A stretch of 62,947 nt of DNA, the filler included, from Octopus bimaculoides (lineage: Eukaryota): NCBI RefSeq assembly GCF_001194135.2. It is 8 parts of 8 records of this genome, joined end to end, with 100 filler letters (N's around TTAATTAATTAA, not from the genome) between each part and the next. Parts side by side here need not be neighbours in the genome. Positions count along the whole stretch, not along the records: positions 27,915 to 40,062 come from NC_068997.1; positions 40,163 to 52,125 come from NW_026409309.1; 6 more parts are not named here. One strand, written 5' to 3'. Shown here piece after piece: positions 36,445 through 50,075 of the stretch (position 1 is its first letter; each line of letters starts with the position of its first letter). The notes beneath the pieces were generated by a model. That model was not told the DNA's origin, did not search any database, and saw nothing but the letters and a program-made list of their open reading frames with translations. A program made the position numbers and the translations under genes.

Positions 36445-36660
36445 CAGTACGATGTTGTTTTCCATAAGCGAGTCGAGGATCTTCTGTGATTCGCTCTGGA
36501 TCTCGACAAGGTGTTAAAACGGTGACCTTTGAACTACATTTTCATCTTAGGGAAGAGATGGAAGTCCGTAGGTGCTAAATCTGGTTAATAGAGCGGGTGC
36601 GGAAGCGATACCATGTCGTTTTGGGTGAGAAACTCACGTGTGAGGAGAGCTCGTACGAAT
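36445..36660 (-). mobile_element. Mariner transposase relic (C-terminal catalytic region)
   Basis: Minus strand reads ALLTREFLTQNDMVSLPHPLY*PDLAPTDFHLFPKMKM*FKGHRF, matching the mariner HPPYSPDLAPxDF motif, with stops. Confidence 0.85.
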
Positions 36661-36869
36661 GAGTGGACAAACGAAAGAAAAAGGCGCTCAACACATTTAG
36701 TAGGAGTTACACATAATATTTAAAACAGTTTTATTCGGCTCCATGCAGCTTAGAGTTTCATGGACTTCTTTAGAGAAAGCTAACTCGGTTAGGATTAATT
36801 GAACGAGTCAGATTTCTGTGAAGAGGCGTGTGAAACCTTGAGCTGTATGGAGTCAGATCGAACTGTTCT

Positions 36870-36870
36870 C

Positions 36871-36926
<56 letters not shown>

Positions 36927-36976
36927 TAATAATGATAATAATAATAATAATGATAATAATAATAATAATAATAATG

Positions 36977-37034
<58 letters not shown>

Positions 37035-37057
37035 TGATAATAATAATGATAATAATG

Positions 37058-37127
<70 letters not shown>

Positions 37128-37428
37128 NNNNNNNNNNNNNNNNNNNNNNNNNNNNNNNNNNNNNNNNNNNNNNNNNNNNNNNNNNNNNNNNNNNNNNNNN
37201 NNNNNNNNNNNNNNNNNNNNNNNNNNNNNNNNNNNNNNNNNNNNNNNNNNNNNNNNNNNNNNNNNNNNNNNNNNNNNNNNNNNNNNNNNNNNNNNNNNNN
37301 NNNNNNNNNNNNNNNNNNNNNNNNNNNNNNNNNNNNNNNNNNNNNNNNNNNNNNNNNNNNNNNNNNNNNNNNNNNNNNNNNNNNNNNNNNNNNNNNNNNN
37401 NNNNNNNNNNNNNNNNNNNNNNNNNNNN

Positions 37429-37526
<98 letters not shown>

Positions 37527-37527
37527 C
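36870..37527. repeat. Long (AAT)n microsatellite spanning a gap
   Basis: Read directly from the sequence. Confidence 0.97.
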
Positions 37528-37809
37528 CTTTCTACTGGAGGCACAAGGCCTGAAATTTTGAGGGAGGGGGACTAGTCGATTACATCGACCCCAGTGTTTC
37601 ACTGGTACTCAATTTATCGACCCCGAAAGGATGAAAGGCAAAGTCGACTTCGTCAGAACGTAAAGACGGGGAAAATACCGCTAAGCATTTTGCCCGGCGT
37701 GCTAACGATTCTGCCACTTTAACCAAGAAATGAACACAGAAAAAGAAAAAAAAAGAAAAGAAAAAAGGAAAGGCAAGGAAGATGTGAATGCCAAGACAGA
37801 TACAGAGGA

Positions 37810-38600
37810 CCGGTGACTGTGGATGAGGATGAGTGACCTGAAGATAGAGACAGAAGCACTCATATGCGCAGCTCAGGAACAAGCGTTAAGGACCAGTTAT
37901 ATGAAGTGCAGAATAGACAACATTACCGATAGTGACAAATGCAGAATGTGTGGCGAGAGGGGTAAATCGGTATGGTACATCGTTAGCGAACGCCCGAAAC
38001 TGGCACAACGCGAATACAAAAGACGCCATTACAATGCGACAATAATAATCCATTGGGAGTTCTGTGGGAATCACGGCCTACGAAGAGAAAAGATGGGGTA
38101 TGAACAAACCCCAGAAGGAGTAACCGGAAATGTGAATTGCAGAATACTATGGGATGCAATGATCCAATGCGATCTCCTGACCAGACTTCGGAAACCGGAC
38201 ATTGTTGTGGTGAATAAAAAAGACAGAACGTGCATGATAACCGACATAGCACGCCCCGGCGAGAACAGGATTAATGTGAAAGAAGAAGAAAAAATAAACT
38301 ATGACGATTTGAAGTGGGAAATACGAAGGTTGTGGTCAATGAAGAGAGTAGACGTGGTACCAATAGTAATTGGTGCATTTGGAAGTATCAGCACTCAACT
38401 ACCAACATGGTTGAAAACGATCGGAGCAAGTGTGAAGGTAGAACAGCTACAAAAATAAGCATTGCTTAGAGCTGCAAGAATTCTTCGCAGGGTTTTTGAA
38501 GCATGACCAGTAAACAAGTGTCATCTTAATCTGTTGGTTGTGGACAGCAGAAACTTTCTATCATACCCAGCAAAATAAGCTGTGAGTTTTCATATTATAT
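37810..38600 (+). mobile_element. R4/Dong-like LINE 3' end: zinc knuckle plus restriction-like endonuclease, 5'-truncated
   Basis: ORF 37823-38458 has ETEALICAAQEQALRT, CRMCGE..(E)SVWYIVS, PDIVV, D...P, KEEEK and VPIVIGAFGS motifs. The second knuckle Cys is substituted. Confidence 0.88.
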
Positions 38601-39339
38601 ATATATATATATATNNNNNNNNNNNNNNNNNNNNNNNNNNNNNNNNNNNNNNNNNNNNNNNNNNNNNNNNNNNNNNNNNNNNNNNNNNNNNNNNNNNNNN
38701 NNNNNNNNNNNNNNNNNNNNNNNNNNNNNNNNNNNNNNNNNNNNNNNNNNNNNNNNNNNNNNNNNNNNNNNNNNNNNNNNNNNNNNNNNNNNNNNNNNNN
38801 NNNNNNNNNNNNNNNNNNNNNNNNNNNNNNNNNNNNNNNNNNNNNNNNNNNNNNNNNNNNNNNNNNNNNNNNNNNNNNNNNNNNNNNNNNNNNNNNNNNN
38901 NNNNNNNNNNNNNNNNNNNNNNNNNNNNNNNNNNNNNNNNNNNNNNNNNNNNNNNNNNNNNNNNNNNNNNNNNNNNNNNNNNNNNNNNNNNNNNNNNNNN
39001 NNNNNNNNNNNNNNNNNNNNNNNNNNNNNNNNNNNNNNNNNNNNNNNNNNNNNNNNNNNNNNNNNNNNNNNNNNNNNNNNNNNNNNNNNNNNNNNNNNNN
39101 NNNNNNNNNNNNNNNNNNNNNNNNNNNNNNNNNNNNNNNNNNNNNNNNNNNNNNNNNNNNNNNNNNNNNNNNNNNNNNNNNNNNNNNNNNNNNNNNNNNN
39201 NNNNNNNNNNNNNNNNNNNNNNNNNNNNNNNNNNNNNNNNNNNNNNNNNNNNNNNNNNNNNNNNNNNNNNNNNNNNNNNNNNNNNNNNNNNNNNNNNNNN
39301 NNNNNNNNNNNNNNNNNNNNNNNNNNNNNNNNNNNNNNN

Positions 39340-39490
39340 CTCTCCCAAAAAAAGAAAAACAAAGCAAAAGACGAAGACAGGTGTGTAAACAACAAACAGA
39401 TGTATTAGTTTAACGCTGGAGAAGTGAGAAAGTATTTTACGTTTCGAACCTACGCTCTTCAACAGAAAGGAACACAGAAATAAGCAGAGA
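39340..39490 (-). mobile_element. Dispersed repeat family D (Penelope-like pseudo-LTR?) with hammerhead-like core; other copies at 44281-44400 (+), 44790-44925 (-), 46370-46530 (+), partial 23890-23945 (-)
   Basis: Shared block ttctgtNgaagagcgtRRRYtcgaaac...gagcgt...ctaatacatc...ttgttgtttacac. Confidence 0.6.
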
Positions 39491-39871
39491 GAGAAAATAA
39501 TATATATATATATATAACGGTATCGATTAAATTGTCGATTACTGCTGTATATCGCTGGTCACAGTGTGCTTCGCGTTGTTTTAGCTTCCAAATGATGTGA
39601 CGCCGCTGGCTTGGAGGGCAGGCAGACGTTCCACTTCAACGGAACGCAAGTCTGTCGCAAAGTAACCCATTTACGGGTAAGTTGACGGGAGCAACGTGAA
39701 AAGAAGTGTTTTGCTGTAGAACGCAACACGCAGCCGGCCTGGGAATCGAAATCACGACCATGTAAGTGCAACACTGTAACCACTTGGCCAACGCCTTCAT
39801 GTATGTGTATGTGTGTGTGTGTATGTGCGTGCTTCTGTGTGTGCATGTGTTAATATATATATATACATGCC

Positions 39872-39913
<42 letters not shown>

Positions 39914-40162
39914 AATCTGCTGCAGCGTAAGAAAGCATTCAAACTCATAAAAATGTTGTTTTTTAAATGTTTGCAGACATAGGCCACCGTCGGTTATTTT
40001 ATTATATTTTCTCTTTGCCTCTACAAACATGGAAAACCCAGGCAATAATTTACTCAGCAAAANNNNNNNNNNNNNNNNNNNNNNNNNNNNNNNNNNNNNN
40101 NNNNNNTTAATTAATTAANNNNNNNNNNNNNNNNNNNNNNNNNNNNNNNNNNNNNNNNNNNN

Positions 40163-40207
<45 letters not shown>

Positions 40208-41292
40208 CACCTTGTTAATTATTTTCAAATGGATGGTGTTTCAAATTATCCTCTTCCTTTCGTTTTCTTCGTCTCTTTTCTTTATTTCGTTTTTTGTGTG
40301 GCCGGGTAGGTGTGGATAGTCGTCCAAGAATGTAGTGTTTGCACGAGATAGAAATAGGTTGCAGTAATATATTGGGAGTGACGGCAGGAGAATGCGAGCA
40401 AGACAAAAATAGCATCGATTCAGTAGAGATGCAGAGCGAGACGAAGCAGCGGAGTAGATGTGTGTTGTTAGTTTTCGATAGAATGAAACTGAGAGAAAGA
40501 GACAAACAGAGAGAGAGAAAAAGACAGACAGGCCGACAGAAAAGGAGAGAAGAGAGATGGAAAGGGAGAATAAATATTTGTACTAATAGAAATATATAAA
40601 TATAAACAAAATATAAATGTAAACAAACAACAAATAAAACAATAAACAAATAAATAAATCAAACAGAAACTCTGCCATCTTTGTGTATATTTTATTTTGA
40701 TTTATTTTTTGTTTGTTCTTTTATTATTTTGTTGTTCATTTTGAGTTGTTGTTTTTTTGTGTTTTTCTTTTTTTTGTTCTTGTGTTCGGTCCATACGCCT
40801 ATTCGAAACCCAGTCGGTTATAACAGGATGGAGAAAATGGTTGGAGTCAATAAAACTGAAATAAAAACTGGAATTAATCTCTCGACAAGATGAAACGAAA
40901 TGGAGTTGTAAAATTAGTGTTTTATTCACTCACTCTCGGCAGCCTGTCTGTCTCTTCAGATGCAAGTGACCTCTACCGGCGACCAATTTATAGACTACTT
41001 CTCTCAACAAAGACGACGTTTTGCCTTTCTCTCTTTCTCGCTCCATCTCTCTCTCATTCTCTCGTATTTTCTTTCCCTCTCCTCTTTTTTTCTCTCTCTC
41101 TCATTCTCTCGTTTTCTATCCGTTTTCTTCCAGTTTCTCTAATTTTCAATCTGTCCATCTATTTATTTATCTATCTATCCTTCCGTCTATCTATTTACCT
41201 CCATCTATATATGTATCAATGTCTTTATTTGTTATCTAATCTAGCTAATTATGCAGCTAACAAATTATCTGTCCATTTAACTATTCATCTAC

Positions 41293-41337
<45 letters not shown>

Positions 41338-41890
41338 CTGGCCTATCTATCCCAAACTAACACACAGAGATAGACACATACACATATCCATCTATTTATT
41401 TATCGATCTATCAATCATATGTACCTGCTGTCATATCAATTTTTAATGTAGATTTATTTACCCACTTACTTACCTATGCCCAAGTATATAAACTACGACA
41501 AAAAAAATGGCTAAATATCTCTTGCTCGTGAAGACAACACCTTTTTGCTGAAGTTCCTGCACCCTGTTACAAATGCTCCTTTGTCTCTCCTTCAAAGAGG
41601 AAGAAACTTTAAACCCGATGCTATTGATTAGATAGTAATTACTTTATATATAAGTATACATGTAAATATATAATATCGATAGCCAGATACACCTGTACAG
41701 ATACACACACATAAGCGGCGAGCTGGCAGAAACGTTAGCACGCCGGGCGAAATGCTTAGCGGTATTTCGTCTGCCGCTACGTTCTGAGTTCAANNNNNNN
41801 NNNCGCCTAGGTCGACTTTGCCTTTCATCCTTTCGGGGTCGATTAAATAAGTACCATTTACGTACTGGGGTCGATATAATCGACTTAATC

Positions 41891-41921
<31 letters not shown>

Positions 41922-44900
41922 CGAAGGGCTTCTTTCAGTTTCTGTCTACCAAATCTGCTCACAAGGCTTTGGTCGGCCCGAGGCTATAGTAATATACATT
42001 TGCCCAAGGTGCCACACAGTGGGACTGAACCTGGAACCAACCATTGCATGGATGTGTACATAGACATGCACACACGCATACATATACATAGTACATACAT
42101 ACAAAGATATATATGTGTGTGTGTGTGTGTATATATATATATACACACACACATACACATACATGTATGCATACATAAACACAGACACACGTATACATTA
42201 ACACACATATATGTGTGTGTGTGTGTGTGCATGCGAGTTTGTGTGTGTGTAGAAAGACACTGCGAGTGAGACACTGCCAAAGATCGGGTTTAGTTATGGG
42301 TTCCACACGCCATTCCTGTATCCAGTGTTGTGAGACGTGGCTCATCAGCTTCGGGATAGGCTAGAGTGCGGAATACGAGGCAAATAATAGAAATTATAGA
42401 CTTCCACAGAAAACAGGCGTGGTATTCAATGCCTTTATCGAAAAATGCAGTGAACAATGTAAAAAGAAATAAGACAATACAGGAAAGATATGTTTTAACA
42501 TTTATGGGATAAGATCAGCGCTTAAAGCTAATGGGGAAAGGTATCAGTTTGTGGACATTATGTGTACATTAGTAATGAGGACGTGGAGGCGCGTGGCCTA
42601 GTGGTTAGGGTGTCAGCACCATGATCGTAAGATTGTGGTTTCGATTCCTGGACCGGGCGACGCGTTGTGTTCTCGACCAAAACAATTCATTTCACGTTGC
42701 TCCAATCCGCTCAGCTGGCAAAAATGAGTAACGCTGCAATGGACTGGCGTCCCGTCCAGCTTGGGAACGTATACGCCATTGAAACCAGGAAACCGGGCCC
42801 ATGAGCCTGGCTAGGCTTTAAAAGGGCGCATTTATTATTATGTATTAGTAGTGAAGACAGGTGATTCAAATGAATGTACCTGGCAGTAATCCGCACTAAT
42901 TCGTTGCATGAAATGCCTCTGCACCAGCACGGGTTGTGTCTACCTAAATTTTTACAGTGAAGTAGTAGAGTTGGAATAATAATTTCAAATGATGATCGGT
43001 AGTTTGCAAGCATGGAAATTGACTAAACCAAGATGCCAACAGACGAATAAAGGTTTGCGTGCGTACATACGCTAAAATTATACTTCATGCATACACACGC
43101 ATACGCGCACATATGTATGTGTGTATAAGTATGTGTGTATATGTGTGTATGTGTGTGTGTGTGTGTGTGCGCGCACGTGTATGTGTATGTGTGCTTTCGT
43201 ACCTATGTGGGTATAAGGTTGAGTTATTTGTCTACTAATATGTACGTGAGTGTTTATCTAGATATATTCGAGCTTCAGCATATATGCTTATGTGCGTGCG
43301 TGCGCATGTGTATATGTGTGTGTGTGTGTGTATGTGTGTGTGTAAATATGTATATATGTATGCGTGTGTGTACACACACACACATATATATACATATATA
43401 TATATATATATTTAAGCATATACATATATCTAGTTATACATACATACATACATACATACATACATACATACATACATACATAACTTTCTGTTATACATAA
43501 ACTTTCTGTATGTATGCGTGTGGTCACTTCAAAAGAAGGAACAATTTTATGTCCCAGTTTTTACGACTTTCTTCACCGCGGTCAAAGTAGCGCAAGTATC
43601 TGATATGGAGACCACATACGACTAACACTGAGAAGGAAATTGAAAAATAAAAGAATAGCAAACTGACCACAGTCCGGTCTTTGTGTGTTAGTAACCAATA
43701 TAGACGAAGTCGGAAACACCTTCAAATAGAGTAGTTCCTTCCGACTTGATTAGCAATTCCCGTGAAATGTATAAAGCAGCTATTTAAAACACGTACACTC
43801 ATGGCGCGCACGTACGACACACACATGCACACACACAGAGATTCAGACGCAATACACATATATAAATACATACATACATGTGCATAGGTGTGTGCATATA
43901 TATATATATATATATATTCCCACGCACACACTTCTATGTATATATATATGTGTGTATATAAATATAATTGTACATATGTGTGTGCGTTTATATATAGATA
44001 TACGCAGCTGTGAAGCCACTGAAATGTATATGGCTGTACGGTTAAGATTTTCACCAGGAATCTGTCACTCTGTGTTCGATTCCAAAGCGTAGTAGTACTT
44101 TAGCTAAATGTTACCGAATATAACAAGAGATCACTGCTTTTAACTGAAAAGTCTTCTCACATATACTTGTATACTTACAGACACACACACACACACACAC
44201 GCCATTTATGCACCTTGGTTGTGAATCATTATAATTTATCCGTGACCCTTCTTCTTTAACTTCTATTTCCTCAACCTATTTTCTGTTCTGACCGTTGCTC
44301 GAAACGTTAAGCTTCTTCCCTGAGCGTCTGCTAATACTTTACATGTACCACGTTCTCGCGTTGTTGTGCTTTTTGTTTTGTGTGTGTTTGTTCTTCTTTG
44401 TAAGTACTAGGCATACAAAGAATAAGTCCTGGGGTCGATTTTCTCGACTAAAGAAGGTGCTCCAGCATGGCCGCAGTCAAATGACTGAAACAAGTAAAAG
44501 AAAAAAAAAAGAAAAAGGAAGAATATGCACAGGTATGGCTATAGTTGTTTCCTTAAGAAGCTCACTTTGTAACCACGTGGTTTTGAGTTCCATCCCACTG
44601 TGCGACACCATGGGCGAAGATCATCCGGTATAGATCCCGCTCGAATAATGCCTTGTGAGTCAAGTTGAAAGACAGAGTTGATAGAGGAAAATAGTACTGG
44701 AACCGATTTCTTCGATCGAACCCTCTAATGTGGTGCCTCTGCATGGGCGTTCTTCAATTAGAGAAACAACTAAAAGATAACTATATTAATATGTATGGGA
44801 GAATCTACGAAAAAAACAACAGACGAGGACAGGTGGTGTAAACAACAAAAGGATGTATTAGTATGACGCTCGGGAATACAGAAAGTCTTTAACGTTTCGA

Positions 44901-44927
44901 GTTACGCTCTTCAACAGAAAGAATACG

Positions 44928-45117
44928 GTGAAAACAAGGAGAAAAACACGGAGAAAACAAGGAGAAAAACACGGAGAAAACAAGGAGAAAAACACGGAGA
45001 AAACAAGGAGAAAAACACGGAGAAAACAAGGAGAAAAACACGGAGAAAACAAGGAGAAAAACACGGAGAAAACAAGGAGAAAAACACGGAGAAAACAAGG
45101 AGAAAAACACGGAGAAA
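44928..45117 (+). repeat. 23-bp minisatellite, about 8 near-perfect copies
   Basis: Unit gagaaaacaaggagaaaaacacg, with period 23 measured between 44951 and 44974. Confidence 0.95.
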
Positions 45118-45664
45118 AGAAATTGAATGTTTTGGTCAGCGATCAATCATGGCGACATATTTATATGTATATTTATATATGTACACACTCACACATTTCT
45201 GTATACATGTTGTTGCTTCTTCTAGGCCTGATAATAATATACATTGGTGCAATTCATTGTCTAATTTTTTTAATTAGTAATCAGGTGGAAGTATTTGAAT
45301 ACAGAACGTACAGAGTTGATGCAGATGTTGCAGTGTATCGTATTTGTCGCTTTAACAATTCTATAAACCTAAAGACCTATTCCGAAATTTTTTTACATCG
45401 ATCCAGACAAGACAAAATGCAAACTTGACCTCGGAGGAGTCCGAACATAATGCACAAATAAATATCACATAACACTTTAACATTTCTTCAGAGCCATTCG
45501 ATTGACTGTGTTCGAGTTAAATGATTACAAATAAACATTTTCTTTACAAGTCTCCGATGTTCAGTCTGAAACAATACGTTCCCAAATTCTCGTTTGCGCC
45601 CCTCGTTTGTAATATATGTATACATATATTTTCCGATTTTCTGCAACTCCTCGTTTTTAATATA

Positions 45665-46055
45665 TACTCTTTTACTCTTTTACTTGTTTCAGTCATTTGA
45701 CTGCGGCCATGCTGGAGCACCGCCTTTAGTCGAGCAAATCGACCCTAGGACTTATTCTTTGTAAGCCTAGTACTTATTCTATCGATCTCTTTTTGCCGAA
45801 CCGCTAGGTGACGGGGACGTAAACACACCAGCGTCGGGTGTCAGGCGATGTTGGGGGGACAAGCACAGACACACAAATGCACATACATATATACAACGGG
45901 CTTCTTTCAGTTTCTGTCTACCAAATCCACTCACAAGGCTTTGTTCGGCCCGAGGCTATAGTAGAAGACACTTGCCCGAGGTGCCACGCAGTGGGACTGA
46001 ACCCAGAACCATGTGGTTGGTAAGCAAGCTACTTACCACATAGCTACTCCTGCGC
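45665..46055 (-). mobile_element. SINE family A, full length
   Basis: Complete match to 19181-19572. Confidence 0.9.
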
Positions 46056-46064
46056 ATATGTATG

Positions 46065-46095
<31 letters not shown>

Positions 46096-46097
46096 TT

Positions 46098-46139
<42 letters not shown>

Positions 46140-46829
46140 NNNNNNNNNNNNNNNNNNNNNNNNNNNNNNNNNNNNNNNNNNNNNNNNNNNNNNNNNNNNN
46201 NNNNNNNNNNNNNNNNNNNNNNNNNNNNNNNNNNNNNNNNNNNNNNNNNNNNNNNNNNNNNNNNNNNNNNNNNNNNNNNNNNNNNNNNNNNNNNNNNNNN
46301 NNNNNNNNNNNNNNNNNNNNNNNNNNNNNNNNNNNNNNNNNNNNNNNNNNNAAAGAGTTTTTATATTCTCCCTCTGTTTATTTCCTCGTATTCCTTTCTG
46401 TAGAAGAGCGTGGGCTCGAAACTTAAAAAAAAACTTTCTTACCTTCCCGAGCGTTAAACTAATACATCTGTTTGTTGTTTATACACCTGTCTTCGTCTTT
46501 TGTTTTTCTGTAAACTTCAACCATATATATAGCACTGCCTTCAAGAGATTTTATCGAACGAATTGGCATCTAGATTTCATTCTTATTATTGCAGCCTTGC
46601 ACATATCCTATCTTTTGAGGCTAGTCTTCGAAGACATAAACAAACCAAACGGTTGAATGGGGACTAGATTGTGCGCGTGTGCATCCAACAGTCTTCTTTC
46701 AGTTGCTGTCAATCAAATTCCATCATAAAGCCCGAGGCTATAATGGAAAACAATTGCAAGTATTGGGACTGAACCTGCAACCGTGTTGTTGGAAAGCAAA
46801 CGTCTTACTACACAGCCAATCCTCGACTC

Positions 46830-46869
<40 letters not shown>

Positions 46870-46880
46870 GCGTATGAATG

Positions 46881-46919
<39 letters not shown>

Positions 46920-47065
46920 ACAGTACATATATGCGTGTTGATATATTCATAGTTATACATATGTATTTGAATATACAAACACAAATACATGTACACACCC
47001 CTTCATATATATTCATACATACACACGGACACACATACACACATACACACATACACAAGTGTATG

Positions 47066-47109
<44 letters not shown>

Positions 47110-47910
47110 TACATATACATATATGTATATATGCATGTATGTATATATATGCATATATATTTGTATGTATATACATATGTATGTATGTATGTATGTATGT
47201 ATGCATGTATGAATGTATCCATATGTATATAAATATACACATATACATGTAATTCGTTCCAGAACAGTTTGATCAGATATGGCTCCTATGTCATACATAA
47301 ACTATCAACATTTTAATTCGTTCAGTAGTTTTTGTACGACTAAACCAGAGAAAATCAACTAAGGAAAAGTTTGGCAAGCGATTAAATATAATAAGAAAAA
47401 TCTACAAATTATATCTCGAAAGCTTCAAGCAATATATTCTCTTAGATTTGACATTCTTATTTCCACCAACGGTTTGGTGAGGGTCGGAGCTTTCCTTCAT
47501 GTTACTGGCGGTGGCCTTGTTGTCGTTGGTGTTGTTGTTATTGTTTTTTGTTGTTGCTGTTGATGCTGTTGTTGATATGGGGGATGGGTGGGCTTGAAAT
47601 AAGATTATTGTTGTTGTTCATATTGCTTCGTCTTATAATAAATATATTTGACGGGTTTTTGCTTCGGTTATTTGATTTGCTTTGTCATTAGTTTTGTTTT
47701 GCTTTCTTCCATTTTTTTTTCTTTTGGTGGGGAGTTCCTTTTTGCTTTTGGCTTGTGGTCGTTTTCTTTATTGTTGAAGTTTCTGTTGCTGCTGGAGCTG
47801 TTGTTGTTGTTGTTTTTGTTGTTCCTGTAATTTCTCTTGACTGCTATCGTGTATCTGAATCATAATATTATTTCTACATACATAATTATACATATTACAC
47901 ACATACCTGC

Positions 47911-47941
<31 letters not shown>

Positions 47942-47959
47942 CGTGTGTGCGTGCGTTTG

Positions 47960-48008
<49 letters not shown>

Positions 48009-48304
48009 GTATATAATACACACACACACACTGACATATGTGTGTATGTATGTATGTATATACATGTATGTGCGGAAAGCTGGAAAGAGAGAAAGAGAGA
48101 GAGAAAGGGAGAACTATATGCGCTTGAATGTATAGGTGTGTGTGTGGGGGTCTGTGTGCATGTGTGTGAGAGAGTGAATATTGTATGTAAACCTACGTGG
48201 TGGAAATCTAAACATGACAAACTTCACTATTTCTCCGTAGATTGAAAGAATGATGAACAGGCTTAATCGATTTTCTGTCTATGTACGTATGAATGTTTCA
48301 CATA

Positions 48305-48343
<39 letters not shown>

Positions 48344-49036
48344 AATATACGTTNNNNNNNNNNNNNNNNNNNNNNNNNNNNNNNNNNNNNNNNNNNNNNN
48401 NNNNNNNNNNNNNNNNNNNNNNNNNNNNNNNNNNNNNNNNNNNNNNNNNNNNNNNNNNNNNNNNNNNNNNNNNNNNNNNNNNNNNNNNNNNNNNNNNNNN
48501 NNNNNNNNNNNNNNNNNNNNNNNNNNNNNNNNNNNNNNNNNNNNNNNNNNNNNNNNNNNNNNNNNNNNNNNNNNNNNNNNNNNNNNNNNNNNNNNNNNNN
48601 NNNNNNNNNNNNNNNNNNNNNNNNNNNNNNNNNNNNNNNNNNNNNNNNNNNNNNNNNNNNNNNNNNNNNNNNNNNNNNNNNNNNNNNNNNNNNNNNNNNN
48701 NNNNNNNNNNNNNNNNNNNNNNNNNNNNNNNNNNNNNNNNNNNNNNNNNNNNNNNNNNNNNNNNNNNNNNNNNNNNNNNNNNNNNNNNNNNNNNNNNNNN
48801 NNNNNNNNNNNNNNNNNNNNNNNNNNNNNNNNNNNNNNNNNNNNNNNNNNNNNNNNNNNNNNNNNNNNNNNNNNNNNNNNNNNNNNNNNNNNNNNNNNNN
48901 NNNNNNNNNNNNNNNNNNNNNNNNNNNNNNNNNNNNNNNNNNNNNNNNNNNNNNNNNNNNNNNNNNNNNNNNNNNNNNNNNNNNNNNNNNNNNNNNNNNN
49001 NNNNNNNNNNNNNNNNNNNNNNNNNNNNNNNNNNNN

Positions 49037-49069
<33 letters not shown>

Positions 49070-49475
49070 GTATGTGTGTTTGTGTGTCTGTGTTTGTTCC
49101 CCCACCATCGCTTCACAACCGATGCTGGTGTGTTTACGTTCCCGTAACCTAGCGGTTGGGCAAAAAGAGTCCGATAGAATAAGTACTAGGCTTACAAAGA
49201 ATAAGTCCTGGGGTCGATTTTCTCGACTAAAGGCGGTGCTCCAGCATGGCCGCAGTCAAATGACTGAAACAAGGAGCTTCTAACAAGTCACTCGATCTGC
49301 TGGATAAAGCAGTCAAAACTCCTTTAAAATACACATTATTTTATGGGAAAAGGTACATATTGAATATTGGAGTTCATGATATACAGAAAAAACAAATAAT
49401 GATAGTCACAATTGGAACAGATTTTACCTACCATAAGTCTGTCCGATCAAGATTAACCTGGACCTATATAATAGA

Positions 49476-50075
49476 ATCTGGCAGAAACGTTAGCATGCCG
49501 GGCGAAATGCTCAGCGGTATTTCGTCTGTCTTTATGCTCTGAGTTCAAATCCTGCCGAGGTCGACNNNNNNNNNNAATGCTCAGCGGTATTTCGTCTGTC
49601 TTTATGCTCTGAGTTCAAATCCTGCCGAGGTCGACTTTGCCTTTCATCCTTTCGGAGTTGATAAATTAAGTACCAGTTGCATACTGGTGTCGACCTAATC
49701 GACTGCCCCTCTCCTCAAATATTTCGAGCCTTGTGCCTAGAGTAGAAAAGTATATAATAGAAGCAATAGGAAACTTTATGATGCTGGTCGACCACCAAGA
49801 AAGAGCAGTCAGATCATTCTCAAATCACATTATTTGATCGTACATCTTTCGACCAGAGCTGAAGGGACGCTAAAATAAAACTTTTCTACTGTAGGCAGAA
49901 AGCCTGAAAGTTGTGGGGAGAGGGATAGTCGATTACCCCGAACCCACAGTTCAATTGGTATTTATTTTATCGATTCTGAAGGATGAAAGACAAAGTCGAC
50001 CTCGGCGCAATTTGAACTCAGAACGTAAAGACGAATAAAATATCGTGCTAACGATTCTGTCAGCTCATCACCTTA
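49476..50075. mobile_element. Two family B SINEs in opposite orientation (+ 49476-49750; - 49878-50075)
   Basis: The family core appears on both strands. The + copy contains a ~60-bp duplication across an 11-N gap, which is an assembly overlap. Confidence 0.85.

Noticed and set aside
31570-38600. One full-length R4/Dong element made from the 5' and 3' fragments
   Set aside because: The fragments are on opposite strands, point away from each other, and no RT domain lies between them.
43560-43627. Minus-strand candidate exon (strong acceptor at 43628; frame LVVCGLHIRYLRYFDRGEES)
   Set aside because: There is no convincing donor, I do not recognise the peptide and there is no partner exon. It is too weak to call.
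47450-47830. N/T/Q-rich reading frames on the minus strand
   Set aside because: This is low-complexity (AAC)n-derived sequence with stops in every frame within about 60 codons.
33337-49283. Many long ORFs in the supplied track (poly-X, YIYI, CVCV, poly-I/N/L, FSPCF repeats)
   Set aside because: They are translations of N gaps, microsatellites and the 23-bp and 24-bp repeats, not genes.
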